Assembly (NCBI GenBank): GCA_963848295.1
Contig: CAWKDB010000010.1
Coordinates: forward strand, 3,808,001-3,872,000
Reading direction: 5' to 3'
Length of the DNA: 64,000 nt
DNA from: an uncultured delta proteobacterium
GTDB taxonomy: Bacteria > Myxococcota_A > Polyangia > Haliangiales > Haliangiaceae
The translations under genes and the position numbers were made by a program. Positions 45,042-54,831 of the stretch are shown here, piece by piece (position 1 is the stretch's first letter; every line of letters begins with the position of its first letter). A model generated the notes under the pieces. The model worked only from the letters and a program-made list of their open reading frames with translations. It was not told where the DNA came from and did not search any database.

Positions 45042-46391
45042 ATGGCCGGACCGTTGCTCGTCGTGCGTTCGCGCCGCGTCGTCGCCGACGGCGGGGTGCG
45101 CCCGGCCGCGATCCACGCGCGCGACGGCGTGATCGAGCGCGTCGCGGATTGGGACGACGTGCCGGCAGGCGCGGCGCTCGACGATGTCGGCGAGCTCGCG
45201 GTGTTGCCCGGCATCGTCGATACCCACGTTCACTTGAACGAGCCAGGCCGGACCGAATGGGAAGGGTTCGCGACCGCGACGCGCGCGGCGGCGGTCGGAG
45301 GCGTGACGACGCTGGTCGACATGCCGCTCAATTCGATCCCGCCGACCACGACCCGCGAGGGCTTCGCGGCCAAGCGCGCCGCGGCTCGAGGTCACTGCGC
45401 CGTCGATGTCGGGTTCTGGGGCGGCGTCGTGCCAGGTAACGCGGGCGAGCTCGCCGGGCTCGCGGCTGATGGCGTGCGCGGCTTCAAGTGCTTCCTCGTC
45501 GAGTCGGGCGTCGAAGAGTTCGGCTGGGTCGGCGAGCGTGATCTCGCGCCCGCGATGCACATCCTCGCCGGGCTCGGCGTGCCGCTGCTCGTCCATGCCG
45601 AGCTCGCCGGGCCGATCGATGCGGCGACCGCGCAGCTAGCGAACGCCGATCCGCGACGGTACGCGACGTATCTCACATCGCGTCCGCCGGCGGCCGAGGA
45701 GCAAGCGATCGCGCTGGTGACGAAGCTGTGTCGCGAGACGCGCGCGCGCACGCACATCGTGCATCACTCGGCCGCGACCGCGTTACCGCAGCTCGCGGCG
45801 GCGCGAGCCGAGGGCTTGCCGCTATCGGCGGAGACGTGTCCTCACTACCTGCACTTCACCGCCGAGGCGATTCCCGACGGAGCCACACCGTTCAAGTGCG
45901 CGCCGCCGATCCGCGAGGCCGCGAATCGCGAGCTGCTGTGGCGCGCGCTCGCCGACGGCGTGCTCGATCTGGTCGCGTCCGATCATTCGCCGTGCAGCCC
46001 GAGCCTCAAAGCGATCGAGGCGGGCGATTTCGTCGCGGCCTGGGGCGGCGTCTCCGGCCTGCAGCTCGCGCTGTCGGTCGTGTGGACCGAGGCGCAGCGC
46101 CGCGGTCATTCGCTCGTCGATCTCGCTCGCTGGATGAGCGCGGCGCCGGCCAAGCTCGCGGGCCTCTCCGCCAGGAAAGGCGCGATCGCCGCCGGCCGCG
46201 ATGCGGACCTCGTCGTCTTCGGCGACGCAGAGACGCACGGCGTGACGCCGGCCTCGATCCACCATCGCCACAAGGTCACGCCGTACGCCGGCGAGACGTT
46301 GCGCGGCGTCGTGCACGCGACCTATGTTCGCGGCGTGTGCGTCGCGCGTGCCGGCCGCGTGCTCGAGACCGAGCATGGAGAGTTGCTATGA
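45042..46391 (+). CDS. allB: Allantoinase
   Basis: DTHVHLNEPGRTEWEGF, DMPLNSIP, ETCPHYL, KCAPPIR, SDHSP. Confidence 0.93.
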   Translation: MAGPLLVVRSRRVVADGGVRPAAIHARDGVIERVADWDDVPAGAALDDVGELAVLPGIVDTHVHLNEPGRTEWEGFATATRAAAVGGVTTLVDMPLNSIPPTTTREGFAAKRAAARGHCAVDVGFWGGVVPGNAGELAGLAADGVRGFKCFLVESGVEEFGWVGERDLAPAMHILAGLGVPLLVHAELAGPIDAATAQLANADPRRYATYLTSRPPAAEEQAIALVTKLCRETRARTHIVHHSAATALPQLAAARAEGLPLSAETCPHYLHFTAEAIPDGATPFKCAPPIREAANRELLWRALADGVLDLVASDHSPCSPSLKAIEAGDFVAAWGGVSGLQLALSVVWTEAQRRGHSLVDLARWMSAAPAKLAGLSARKGAIAAGRDADLVVFGDAETHGVTPASIHHRHKVTPYAGETLRGVVHATYVRGVCVARAGRVLETEHGELL

Positions 46392-47881
46392 AAGAACCGT
46401 TTCTCGAGCTTCCCGATCTCGCGTGCGAGGACGTCGGCGGCGCGGCGATCGCGTGCAACGACGAGTTCTTCGCCGAGAAAGAGAATCTCCTCCGCGCCCA
46501 CGCCGCGGAGTGGAGAGATCACGCGTACACCGATCGCGGCAAGTGGATGGACGGGTGGGAGACGCGCCGCCGTCGCGAACCCGATCCGTTCGCCGAGGTC
46601 GGACCCGAGCGCTTCGATTGGTGTGTCGTCCGGCTGGGCATGCCCGGCGCGATCCGCGGCATCGTCGTCGACACCGCATGGTTTCGCGGCAACTTTCCGG
46701 CGTCGTGCCGCGTGTGGGCGTGCGAGCTCGACGATCCGCTCGATCTGCGCGGCCTCGAGACCGCCGCGTGGGTCGAGGTCGTCCCGCACTCGCCGTTGCG
46801 CGGCGACACGCACAACGCGTTTACCGTCGGCGCGGTCCAGCGGTTCACCCACGTCAAGCTCGAGATCTTCCCCGACGGCGGCGTCGCCCGCTTGCGCGTC
46901 CACGGCGAAGTCATGCCCCGCTGGGACCGCCTGCGCGCGCTCGGCGGTGCGATCGATCTCGCGGCACTCGAGCTCGGCGCGGTGGTCGAGAGTTGCAGCG
47001 ACATGTTCTTCGGCTCGCGCAATAATCTGATCAAGCCCGGGCGGTCGCGCTCGATGGCCGACGGCTGGGAGACCCGGCGCCGCCGTGGACCCGGGAACGA
47101 TTGGGCGATCATCAAGCTCGCGACCGCGGGCACGATCGATCAACTCGAGCTCGACACGTCGCACTTCAAGGGCAATGCGCCCGGTGGTTGCACGGTCGAA
47201 GGGCGAGGCGGCGCGCCGGGCAGTGAATGGCGGCTGATCCTGCGCACGGCGCTCCAGCCGCACACGCGTCACGTGTTCGATCGCGAGCTGCGCCGGATCG
47301 GCGACGTCACGTATCTACGGCTATCGGTATTTCCCGATGGCGGCATGGCGCGATTGCGCGCGCATGGAACCGCCGCTCGTCACGATGACCGCGGCCTCGG
47401 CAAGCTCGCGGCGATGAGCGAAGCCGACGCGACGCGCGCATTCACGCGCTGCTGCGGCTCGGCCGCATGGGCTCGAGCGATGACCGCGGCGCGCCCGTTC
47501 GAGGACTGCGCAGCGCTGTTGCGCCTCGCCGATCGCACGTGGTGGTCGCTCGGCGAGGCCGATCATCTCGAGGCGTTCGCGGCGCACCCCAAGATCGGCG
47601 AGACCAAGGCGCAGGCCAACGAGCCGGCGGGATGGTCGGCGTCCGAGCAAGCGGGCACGAAGCCAGGCAACGCCGAGCTCGTCGAACAGAATCGCGCGTA
47701 CGAAGCGAAGCACGGCTTCATCTACATCGTGTGTGCGCAGGGCCGCAGCGGCGACGAATTACTCGCGTTGCTGCGCGGCCGGCTGGCGAATTCGCGCGAC
47801 CACGAGCTGCGCACCGCAGGGGAAGAGCAGCTGCAGATCACGCGGCTGCGGCTCGCGAAACTACTCGAGGAGCTCGCATGA
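46388..47881 (+). CDS. alc: Allantoicase fused to OHCU decarboxylase (UraD)
   Basis: Two allantoicase repeats (DGWETRRRR, FPDGG), then CCGSAAW...EAFAAHPKIG...SEQ...YEAKHGFIYIVCA. Confidence 0.9.
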   Translation: MKEPFLELPDLACEDVGGAAIACNDEFFAEKENLLRAHAAEWRDHAYTDRGKWMDGWETRRRREPDPFAEVGPERFDWCVVRLGMPGAIRGIVVDTAWFRGNFPASCRVWACELDDPLDLRGLETAAWVEVVPHSPLRGDTHNAFTVGAVQRFTHVKLEIFPDGGVARLRVHGEVMPRWDRLRALGGAIDLAALELGAVVESCSDMFFGSRNNLIKPGRSRSMADGWETRRRRGPGNDWAIIKLATAGTIDQLELDTSHFKGNAPGGCTVEGRGGAPGSEWRLILRTALQPHTRHVFDRELRRIGDVTYLRLSVFPDGGMARLRAHGTAARHDDRGLGKLAAMSEADATRAFTRCCGSAAWARAMTAARPFEDCAALLRLADRTWWSLGEADHLEAFAAHPKIGETKAQANEPAGWSASEQAGTKPGNAELVEQNRAYEAKHGFIYIVCAQGRSGDELLALLRGRLANSRDHELRTAGEEQLQITRLRLAKLLEELA

Positions 47882-48210
47882 TCACGACCCACGTTCTCGA
47901 CACCGCCGCGGGCAAGCCGGGCGCCGGCATCGCGATCGAGCTCGACCGCGCCGACCCGGTGGGGGCGTGGCAGCTCGTCGGCGCGGGCGTCACCGATGCC
48001 GATGGTCGCCTGCGCACGCTGACCCCGAACGCGATCGACCCCGGCACCTATCGCATCCGGTTCTCGACCGGCTCCTACTTCGCACAGCGCGACATCGCCG
48101 CGTTCTTCCCGGCGGTCGAGATCCAGTTCACCGTCAGCGATGGCGCGCAGCACTACCACGTACCGCTGCTGCTCTCGCCGTTCGGCTACTCCACCTATCG
48201 CGGCAGCTGA
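47878..48210 (+). CDS. uraH: 5-hydroxyisourate hydrolase
   Basis: ITTHVLDT, TDADGR, HYHVPLLLSPFGYSTYRGS. Confidence 0.95.
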   Translation: MITTHVLDTAAGKPGAGIAIELDRADPVGAWQLVGAGVTDADGRLRTLTPNAIDPGTYRIRFSTGSYFAQRDIAAFFPAVEIQFTVSDGAQHYHVPLLLSPFGYSTYRGS

Positions 48211-48258
48211 GTCGCTTGCGTCATCAAGGCAAAGACGCCGCGTGTTACAACGCGCCGC

Positions 48259-49605
48259 ATGTCGGTGACCACCTCGCTCCCGGACAAGAAGCTCGATAAG
48301 GCGCTCGACCGCATCCATCGCGCGCAGGGTCGATTCCTGCAGCGCTATCCCGGCGACAGCGGGGCACGTCAGGCGGTTCACACCGTGTACGGCGGCGCGC
48401 ACCTGTTCACCGCCGAGACCCCGAAGAAGCTCGGCGAGCTCGCGCTGCGTGCGCTGGAGACCTATGCCCCCGACGCTGCGAGCTTCGCCGAGGCGATCGG
48501 CATCCGCGGCGAGCTGGCGCCCAAGGTCTACGAGCGCGTACGCGAGAAGCTGCATCGCGAGCCGGTCGAGGACTTCCGCATCGACTTCGAAGACGGCTAC
48601 GGCAATCGCTCGGACGACGAAGAAGACGGCCACGCGGCCGCCGCCGCGCAGCAGGTCGCCGCCGGGCACATCGCAGGAACGCTGCCGCCGTTCATCGGCA
48701 TCCGGATCAAGCCGTTGACTCGCGACCTCGCGGCGCGCTCGCTGCGCACCCTCGACGTGTTCCTGACCGAGCTCGTGACCGCGACCGGCGGCAAGTTGCC
48801 CGACAACTTCGTCGTCACGTTACCGAAGATCCAGACCCGCACCGATGTCGAGGTGCTCGTGGACATGTTCGACGTGCTCGAAGATCGGCTCGAGCTCGAC
48901 GGTGGTGCGCTGCGTGTCGAACTCATGGTCGAGACGACGCAGAGCATCTTCGATCCGCAAGGCCGCTCGGCGTTACCGCGCCTGCATCGCGCCGCCGCGG
49001 GCCGGCTGGTCGCCGCGCACTTCGGCACATACGACTACACCGCGAACTGCGACATCACCGCGGCGCACCAGAAGATGCGCCATCCCGCGTGCGACTTCGC
49101 GAAGCACGTGATGAAGGTGTCGTTCGCCGGCACCGGCGTGATGCTCTCGGACGGCGCGACGAACATCATGCCGGTCGCACCGCATCGCGGCGCAAACCTC
49201 ACCGACGATCAGAAGCGCGATAACCGCGCCGCGGTGTTCGGCGCGTGGCGGCTCCACGCCGACGACGTGCGCCACTCGCTGGTCAACGGCTTCTATCAAG
49301 GCTGGGATCTGCACCCCGCTCAGCTCGTGCCGCGCTACGGCTCGGTCTACGCGTTCTTCCTCGACGGCCTGCAACCGGCGAGCGAGCGGCTGCGCAACTT
49401 CGTCGACAAGGCGGCGCAGGCGACGCTGGTCGGCGACATCTTCGACGACGCCGCGACCGGCCAGGGCCTGCTCAACTACTTCCTGCGCGGCATCGCGTGC
49501 GGCGCGGTGACCGAGCAGGAGGCGCTGGCAACCGGGCTCAGCGTCGACGAGATTCGTAGCCGGTCGTTCGTAAAGATCATGGCGGCGCGGCGCGCGAAGG
49601 CGTGA
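48259..49605 (+). CDS. HpcH/citrate-lyase-beta/malate-synthase-fold protein (DUF6986-like)
   Basis: HTVYGGA, DFRIDFEDGYG, TLPK, ELMVET, HFGTYDY, LSDGATN, YQGWDLHPAQL. Confidence 0.75.
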   Translation: MSVTTSLPDKKLDKALDRIHRAQGRFLQRYPGDSGARQAVHTVYGGAHLFTAETPKKLGELALRALETYAPDAASFAEAIGIRGELAPKVYERVREKLHREPVEDFRIDFEDGYGNRSDDEEDGHAAAAAQQVAAGHIAGTLPPFIGIRIKPLTRDLAARSLRTLDVFLTELVTATGGKLPDNFVVTLPKIQTRTDVEVLVDMFDVLEDRLELDGGALRVELMVETTQSIFDPQGRSALPRLHRAAAGRLVAAHFGTYDYTANCDITAAHQKMRHPACDFAKHVMKVSFAGTGVMLSDGATNIMPVAPHRGANLTDDQKRDNRAAVFGAWRLHADDVRHSLVNGFYQGWDLHPAQLVPRYGSVYAFFLDGLQPASERLRNFVDKAAQATLVGDIFDDAATGQGLLNYFLRGIACGAVTEQEALATGLSVDEIRSRSFVKIMAARRAKA

Positions 49606-49740
49606 GCCCGTGAACAATATGATCGAGTGATCACGAGGAGTTATCGTCGCTGGGGCCACCGTTTGCGTATGCCGGGCATCAGCTCGGCGATCGTCGACGA
49701 TCCAGGTTCAGTTCCATTTCGGGCAGCGCTGGGGTAACCC

Positions 49741-49971
49741 GTGCACATGATCGAGCTCAAGACTGCTCGCGATCCACGCGATCTCGCAGAGTTGATCGCG
49801 TCGACGCTGCCGAACCATCTCGCTCCCGATCCGCAGTCCGCAAACGCGCGCGTCGGCAAGCTCGTGAAGCAAGCGCAGGCGCAAGCCGAAGCGCAGCGCC
49901 AGCGCTGGGACGAGATGGACACGGTCAACTTCACGACGCTCGACTCCGACAACGACTGGTCCGACGTCTAA
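49741..49971 (+). CDS. Small hypothetical protein
   Basis: 76-aa ORF with host-like codon usage. Confidence 0.5.
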   Translation: MHMIELKTARDPRDLAELIASTLPNHLAPDPQSANARVGKLVKQAQAQAEAQRQRWDEMDTVNFTTLDSDNDWSDV

Positions 49972-50021
49972 GCCGCGCCGCTTGCGGCCTGGTGCAAGCT
50001 CGTGTAGATACGAGCGCTCAC

Positions 50022-50098
50022 GGCGATCGTAGCTCAGTTGGTAGAGCGCCAGGTTGTGGTCCTGGATGTCGCGGGTTCGAGCCCCGTCGTTCGCCCCA
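50022..50098 (+). tRNA. tRNA-His (GTG) with G-1 and encoded CCA
   Basis: D-arm AGCTCAGTTGGTAGAGC; anticodon arm CCAGG-TTGTGGT-CCTGG; T-arm GCGGG-TTCGAGC-CCCGT; ends CCCA. Confidence 0.97.
50052..50098 (+). repeat. att core, left copy (tRNA 3' half)
   Basis: ggttgtggtcctggatgtcgcgggttcgagccccgtcgttcgcccca, identical to 62635-62681. Confidence 0.95.
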
Positions 50099-50111
50099 AA
50101 GTTTCAGGCGT

Positions 50112-51236
50112 CTACGGATTGCCTCCTCGTCGCCCCGAGCGCCTGTGCCATTCTGTGCCATGGACGGGGCCGAACACCGTCGCGATCGCGTCCCGGTTCT
50201 GTTCCTCGCTCACGTCGATGTATCGCATCGTCGTTTGCACGTCGGCGTGCCCCATCAGCTTCTGAAGCACCGGCAGCGGCACCTGCTTCGCCATCACCGT
50301 GCCGAACGTATGCCGCAGACAGTGGATCGGCTTCGGCGGACGCGGAACCTCAGCGCGCACGTACAGCGCGTTGACGTCCTCGCTCATTCGGTCGTACGGC
50401 ACGATCGAACCGTCCTCCATCGCGAATACCCAAAGCCCAACACGCGAGAGCCTCTCCAGTGCCTCCGCTAACCGCGGTGACAGAGGAATCGTCCTCGCCT
50501 TGTTGTGCTTCGGCGCGATCACCTCGTTCGTGAGCTTGTCGACGCCACGCCTGACGGTCAGCTGACCATCCTTGATGTCGCCCCATTGCAGCCCGCGAAT
50601 CTCCCCAGCGCGAAGCCCGGCTTCAGACGCGAGCAGGACCGCAGCGCGATACTGATCGTCCGCAGCAGCCAGCAACCTCTCCACGTCCTCGGGCTCAACG
50701 GCCTTCAGCTCGCCGGCCATTCCGGCGAGCTTGAACCGTAGCTCGAGATTTCTCGCCGGTGACGTACTTGATCAGGGTCGATAGAACGGCAAGGCGATTG
50801 TTCACCGTCTTTACCTTCATCCGCGTTTCAACTGAGCCATCGCGAACGTGTCGACGTCGGTTTGCTTCAGCTCCTCGATCGTCATCTCGCCGAAGAACGG
50901 CAGCAAGTCAGTCTTGAGAACCCGTCGCTTCTCGCGTTTCTCACTCTCCTTCGATCCGGGCTTGTAAAGGTCGACGAACTTCTCCGAGTGCTGCCGGATC
51001 GTCTTCGCCGGCTCCTCCTTCTTCGCGGGTGACGCCGACGGCGGGCCACCCTTCGGGCCGTTCATCGCGCTTGCGATCGCGCGTTGCTCGGCTGCTGTGG
51101 CCCCGGCCGTCGAGCGCGGAAGATCCTGGTACGGGCCGGGATGTCCCGGTCGCCCATAGAGCCGCACTGTTCCGGTGGGTCCCTTTACGACGGTACGGAA
51201 GTACCAACCCTTCGTCTTGTCCTTGCGAACAGGCAT
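50112..51236 (-). pseudogene. int: Tyrosine integrase with two compensating frameshifts (~50819 and ~50747), possibly assembly errors
   Basis: GLRAGE, PKHNK, HCLRH, MGHAD, TMRY catalytic set; N-terminus MPVRKDKTKGWYFR. Confidence 0.85.
50145..50165 (+). repeat. Putative integrase arm-type site (tandem GTGCCAT)
   Basis: gtgccattctgtgccatggac, identical to 62503-62523. Confidence 0.7.
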
Positions 51237-51238
51237 CG

Positions 51239-51445
51239 TTACTGCCCTTCCTGCGCGCTCGGCGAACCACCACACGAGGTCAACCATCGCACGAGCGCCT
51301 GACGCGAGAACCGGAGATGTTTGCCCACCCGCCGATGAGGGATCGCGTTGCGTGCTGCGAGCGCGTAGACCTGGCTACGTCCGACACGCAGGAACGCGGC
51401 GACTTCCGCGACGTTCATCACGTCACTGGACGCGGAGTCAGCCAT
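51239..51445 (-). CDS. Excisionase-like HTH protein
   Basis: MNVAEVAAFLRVGRSQVYALAARNAIPHRRVGKHLRFSR; directly upstream of int. Confidence 0.88.
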   Translation of the reverse strand: MADSASSDVMNVAEVAAFLRVGRSQVYALAARNAIPHRRVGKHLRFSRQALVRWLTSCGGSPSAQEGQ

Positions 51446-51827
51446 CGCTCACCTCGGTCGAGTAGTTGGCGAGTCGCTCTGCGATCTGGTGTGAGACCGC
51501 GCTGGCGTCTAGAAGAACCCCGGTCGAGTGCCTGAACCATCTGCCCTCAGGACTGAACACCAGAAATGAAACAACGAACCGCGGCGAGCGAAGCGATGCC
51601 GCGCGTTCGTTGATTGCGTTAGCAATGATCCCTCTAGTTCTTGCTCTATTCCGTCCGTCTACTCTCTTGTGCCGCTGGGAATCAATCGACCGAAGCTCAA
51701 AGACACAGCCAGGCAGCGTCAGAAACGCATCAACGTCGTACGCCGATGCGTCTCGCAGAAGCATCCAAATCGAGCATCGAGCTGCATCTAGCAGACACAG
51801 CGATATCGAGGATCCCGCAATCCTCAT
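51438..51827 (-). CDS. Hypothetical protein
   Basis: Overlaps both neighbours; ATG 51827 overlaps the upstream stop. Confidence 0.5.
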   Translation of the reverse strand: MRIAGSSISLCLLDAARCSIWMLLRDASAYDVDAFLTLPGCVFELRSIDSQRHKRVDGRNRARTRGIIANAINERAASLRSPRFVVSFLVFSPEGRWFRHSTGVLLDASAVSHQIAERLANYSTEVSDG

Positions 51828-52351
51828 GGAGCCTCGTTCCCGTCCACCACGCGCTGGAGTTCTTCGACCAGTGCGCTGCGTCGCTTCTTGATCGCGTCGT
51901 GCCGCCAGTCGCGCAGTTGCTTCGGGAAGTTGGTGAACGTCTTCTCGATCCACAAGTCCGCGAGGTAAACGCTATGCACGCGCCCGTTGGCGTCCTGGTC
52001 GCTCTCGAATCCGACGATGTACGCCCGTCCGTTGTCCTTCAGCCGGATCTCGCGGATCCACTTGATCTGTGTCAGTAGCTTGATGGCGCGCGACACGGTG
52101 GATCGGCTGAGCCCGGAGAGAAGTGCGATCTTCGTCTGATTCGCGTAGCCGACGAGCCAGCCTTTCGCGCGCGCGGCCTCGATGCGCGCTGAAAACGATC
52201 CTTCGACGCGCTCGTAGCGACGAATCGTGAGGTAGACCCAGAGGGCGTTGACGCCGATCGCGGAACAGATAGCGCTGTCGAAGAAGACGCGCGGGACCTT
52301 GAGAAAGCCGGCGGCCGCCACTATTCCGTCCATCCGATCGACATGCGTCAC
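51824..52351 (-). CDS. Winged-HTH protein resembling phage replication-initiator N-termini
   Basis: GFLKVPR, ALWVYL, NQTKIALLSGLSRSTVSRAIKLL. Confidence 0.65.
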   Translation of the reverse strand: MTHVDRMDGIVAAAGFLKVPRVFFDSAICSAIGVNALWVYLTIRRYERVEGSFSARIEAARAKGWLVGYANQTKIALLSGLSRSTVSRAIKLLTQIKWIREIRLKDNGRAYIVGFESDQDANGRVHSVYLADLWIEKTFTNFPKQLRDWRHDAIKKRRSALVEELQRVVDGNEAP

Positions 52352-52432
52352 CGATACGCCAAAGGGCGAGGGCGTGCACAGTGATGCGTTCGACCGCGCT
52401 TTCTAGCGGGATGCGTTCGAGAGCGATCTTGG

Positions 52433-53020
52433 CTACGAACTCGTCCCGACTCGGCGTCGGTTGCGCTCGCGCAGCTTCTTGAGGCGGTCTATAAGTCGTT
52501 CGCGACCGTCACTGCCGTCGAGAACTTCCGTGTATTGCCTGACGAGATCTGGGCAGGGCTTCGCCTGCCAGTCGCGGTTGCTGTTGAGCACCACGTCCGC
52601 GATCTCGCCCCAAGTGAACTTATCGCTGTGGAGCTTCTCCATCACGAGACGCCACGTCACCAGCAGCTGAACGGCCGGACCACTTGAAGTGTCTGTCATC
52701 TTCTCCAGACGATCGGCCGTCTCGATGAGCAGCCTTGACGCTTTGGTGGCGGTCGAGGACATACGTTGCGGATCGTAGCCGTCGAGCTGCGTCGCGCGCC
52801 GTCGCAGTAGCCGAGCGACGTCGCGAACCCTATGCCGGAGTTTCTTTTCTTCTCCGAGCAGCCGAGGGTGCGCCTCCGCATCGGAACGTCCGAACAGCTT
52901 CAGCGCGTTCCAGAGCACCTCTGGTTCCACGATGCTCGCGGCCCGGCGGGAAACCTCACTCGCATCCGACTGTAGCGTCCACTCCGTTGCTGTCGCACTC
53001 TGCGGAGGCCCATCGGCCAT
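52433..53020 (-). CDS. Hypothetical protein
   Basis: Protein-like 3' part of ORF 52433..53428; start uncertain. Confidence 0.5.
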   Translation of the reverse strand: MADGPPQSATATEWTLQSDASEVSRRAASIVEPEVLWNALKLFGRSDAEAHPRLLGEEKKLRHRVRDVARLLRRRATQLDGYDPQRMSSTATKASRLLIETADRLEKMTDTSSGPAVQLLVTWRLVMEKLHSDKFTWGEIADVVLNSNRDWQAKPCPDLVRQYTEVLDGSDGRERLIDRLKKLRERNRRRVGTSS

Positions 53021-53238
53021 GCGCGCCACGCTACCATTGAACGTGCGCATTTCCGATCGACTAGCGCGCGCCGAAAAAAAACGAAGATATGGGGGCAGGG
53101 TCTCGTCAGAGAGGCCTGCCCGAGCTGCCCAGCAACCAAGCTTGCTTGGCGGGCCGGGCCAGCGACGATTTTTTCGGGAACCGACACTCACACCCCGATC
53201 GACTCTTCGGGGGTATTTGGGGCACGTTCTCTTAGGCC

Positions 53239-53607
53239 TCAGCCGCCAGGAGGTCGGACGGTGTTTTGCCCGCAACTCGGACATAGGCGCTCGACGCCCT
53301 CTGTCTCGTTCCTTAGCTTTGCGTCTTCTCCAGTCTGTAGCAACGGGACTGGCTTCGTCGCTCTCTTTCCCTTCGCCGCCTGGAGCTGTCCCCGGAGAAA
53401 CCTCGACTTGCAGTTCCCGCACTGCCACTGCTGCTGTGCTCGTGCGACGAGGCGCATGAAGGCTACGAACGACTTTGCTGTGTCCTCACCCTGGTCGGCG
53501 AGCATCTGCAAAGAGCGACGGTAGTCCGCGCTTATCTCAAGCGGGTCGACGTCGAGCTGGCTGAGCACATTGAGAAACCCCTCGTAGTAGTCCTCCGGCA
53601 CCTGCAT
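53239..53607 (-). CDS. Zn-ribbon hypothetical protein
   Basis: CGNC...CPSC; TACCGT 7 nt upstream of the ATG. Confidence 0.6.
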   Translation of the reverse strand: MQVPEDYYEGFLNVLSQLDVDPLEISADYRRSLQMLADQGEDTAKSFVAFMRLVARAQQQWQCGNCKSRFLRGQLQAAKGKRATKPVPLLQTGEDAKLRNETEGVERLCPSCGQNTVRPPGG

Positions 53608-54156
53608 CTTGCCGACGGTAGCACGGTCATCTAGGGGCCCGCGCAGCCTCCTAGGAGCGTCGTTCTCGTGCCCGGCACTTCTGCTCCCCTAGCTCGGGCC
53701 GCATGGTCCTGGGCGTGCTGAGCGCGACGACACGCGGCGCAGTCGCTGGCGGCTGGCGCATCGAACCAACAGCGCACCGTGACGCAATGGTAGCGGTGTT
53801 CGATGGAAGATCGTTCGAGCAACCTCGCGATCGCGCGTAGTGGCGGGCACCCGCCGCATCAAGCGAACGACCGGCGACGGACGCAACGCGTTGACGGCGC
53901 GTAGCCGCGCGCCCGATCGCAACTTCTTGCATAGCGGTGTTGCGATCCGGAGACAGTAGCGGCGCACCCGTCAGCTCGGCGTGCGAGTCGCCGACGAGGA
54001 TCTAGTCCGTGCCGACGAGCAACCGCATGAGCGCCGAGCGACGATCATGATCGCGATGACGATCGACGGCACCGTGTTGATCGACGCATCCTGTACGAGC
54101 AGCAACGTCGGGATCTTCGACGAGGAACGGTGTAGATCGTGCAACGTCATCAGTGC

Positions 54157-54831
54157 ATGAGAGCGATCGCTTACTGCCGAGTTTCAACGAACGAGCAAGC
54201 CGAGCACGGCGTCTCTCTCGCCGCGCAGGAGAGCAAGCTCCGCGCATACTGCACCGCGCTGGAGATCGAACTGGTGCGCGTCGAGGTCGACGCAGGCGTG
54301 TCCGCTTCGACCTTGAACAGGCTTGCGCTCCAGAGATCGCTGGCCTCGCTCAAGAACGGCGAGGCTGATGCGATTGTGATCACGAAGCTCGATCGGATCT
54401 CGCGGTCCGTGGTCGACCTGTGCAGCCTGGTGGATGACTACTTCCGCGATGACCGACGCGCGCTCATCAGCCTCGCGGAGTCGATCGACACCAAGAGCGC
54501 GAGTGGCCGCCTGGTCCTGAACTTGCTCGGCGTCGTCGCGCAGTGGGAGCGCGAGCAGGTCGGCGAGCGGACGTCCACCGCCATGCGCCACATGCGCTCT
54601 GAGGGGCGCTACACCGGCGGGTTCGTGCCGTTCGGGTACACGCTCGCCGCCGACAGTCAGACGCTCGTCGAGGCACCAGGCGAACAGGCCGTGATCCGCG
54701 AGGCACGGACGTTGCGCGCGACCGGCATGAGCTATCGCGCCATCGCCGCGACGCTGTCGGAACGCGGCGCGTTCCTACGCGGAAGAATGGGCGTGAGCCA
54801 GGTCCAGCGCATGCTCGCCAGCGCGGCGTGA
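54157..54831 (+). CDS. Serine recombinase (resolvase/invertase family)
   Basis: YCRVSTNEQ, KLDRISRS, DTKSASGR, VAQWERE, GGFVPFGY. Confidence 0.93.
   Translation: MRAIAYCRVSTNEQAEHGVSLAAQESKLRAYCTALEIELVRVEVDAGVSASTLNRLALQRSLASLKNGEADAIVITKLDRISRSVVDLCSLVDDYFRDDRRALISLAESIDTKSASGRLVLNLLGVVAQWEREQVGERTSTAMRHMRSEGRYTGGFVPFGYTLAADSQTLVEAPGEQAVIREARTLRATGMSYRAIAATLSERGAFLRGRMGVSQVQRMLASAA

Noticed and set aside
53631..54130. Cys/His-containing short ORFs suggestive of an HNH remnant
   Set aside because: No coherent frame or convincing HNH motif.
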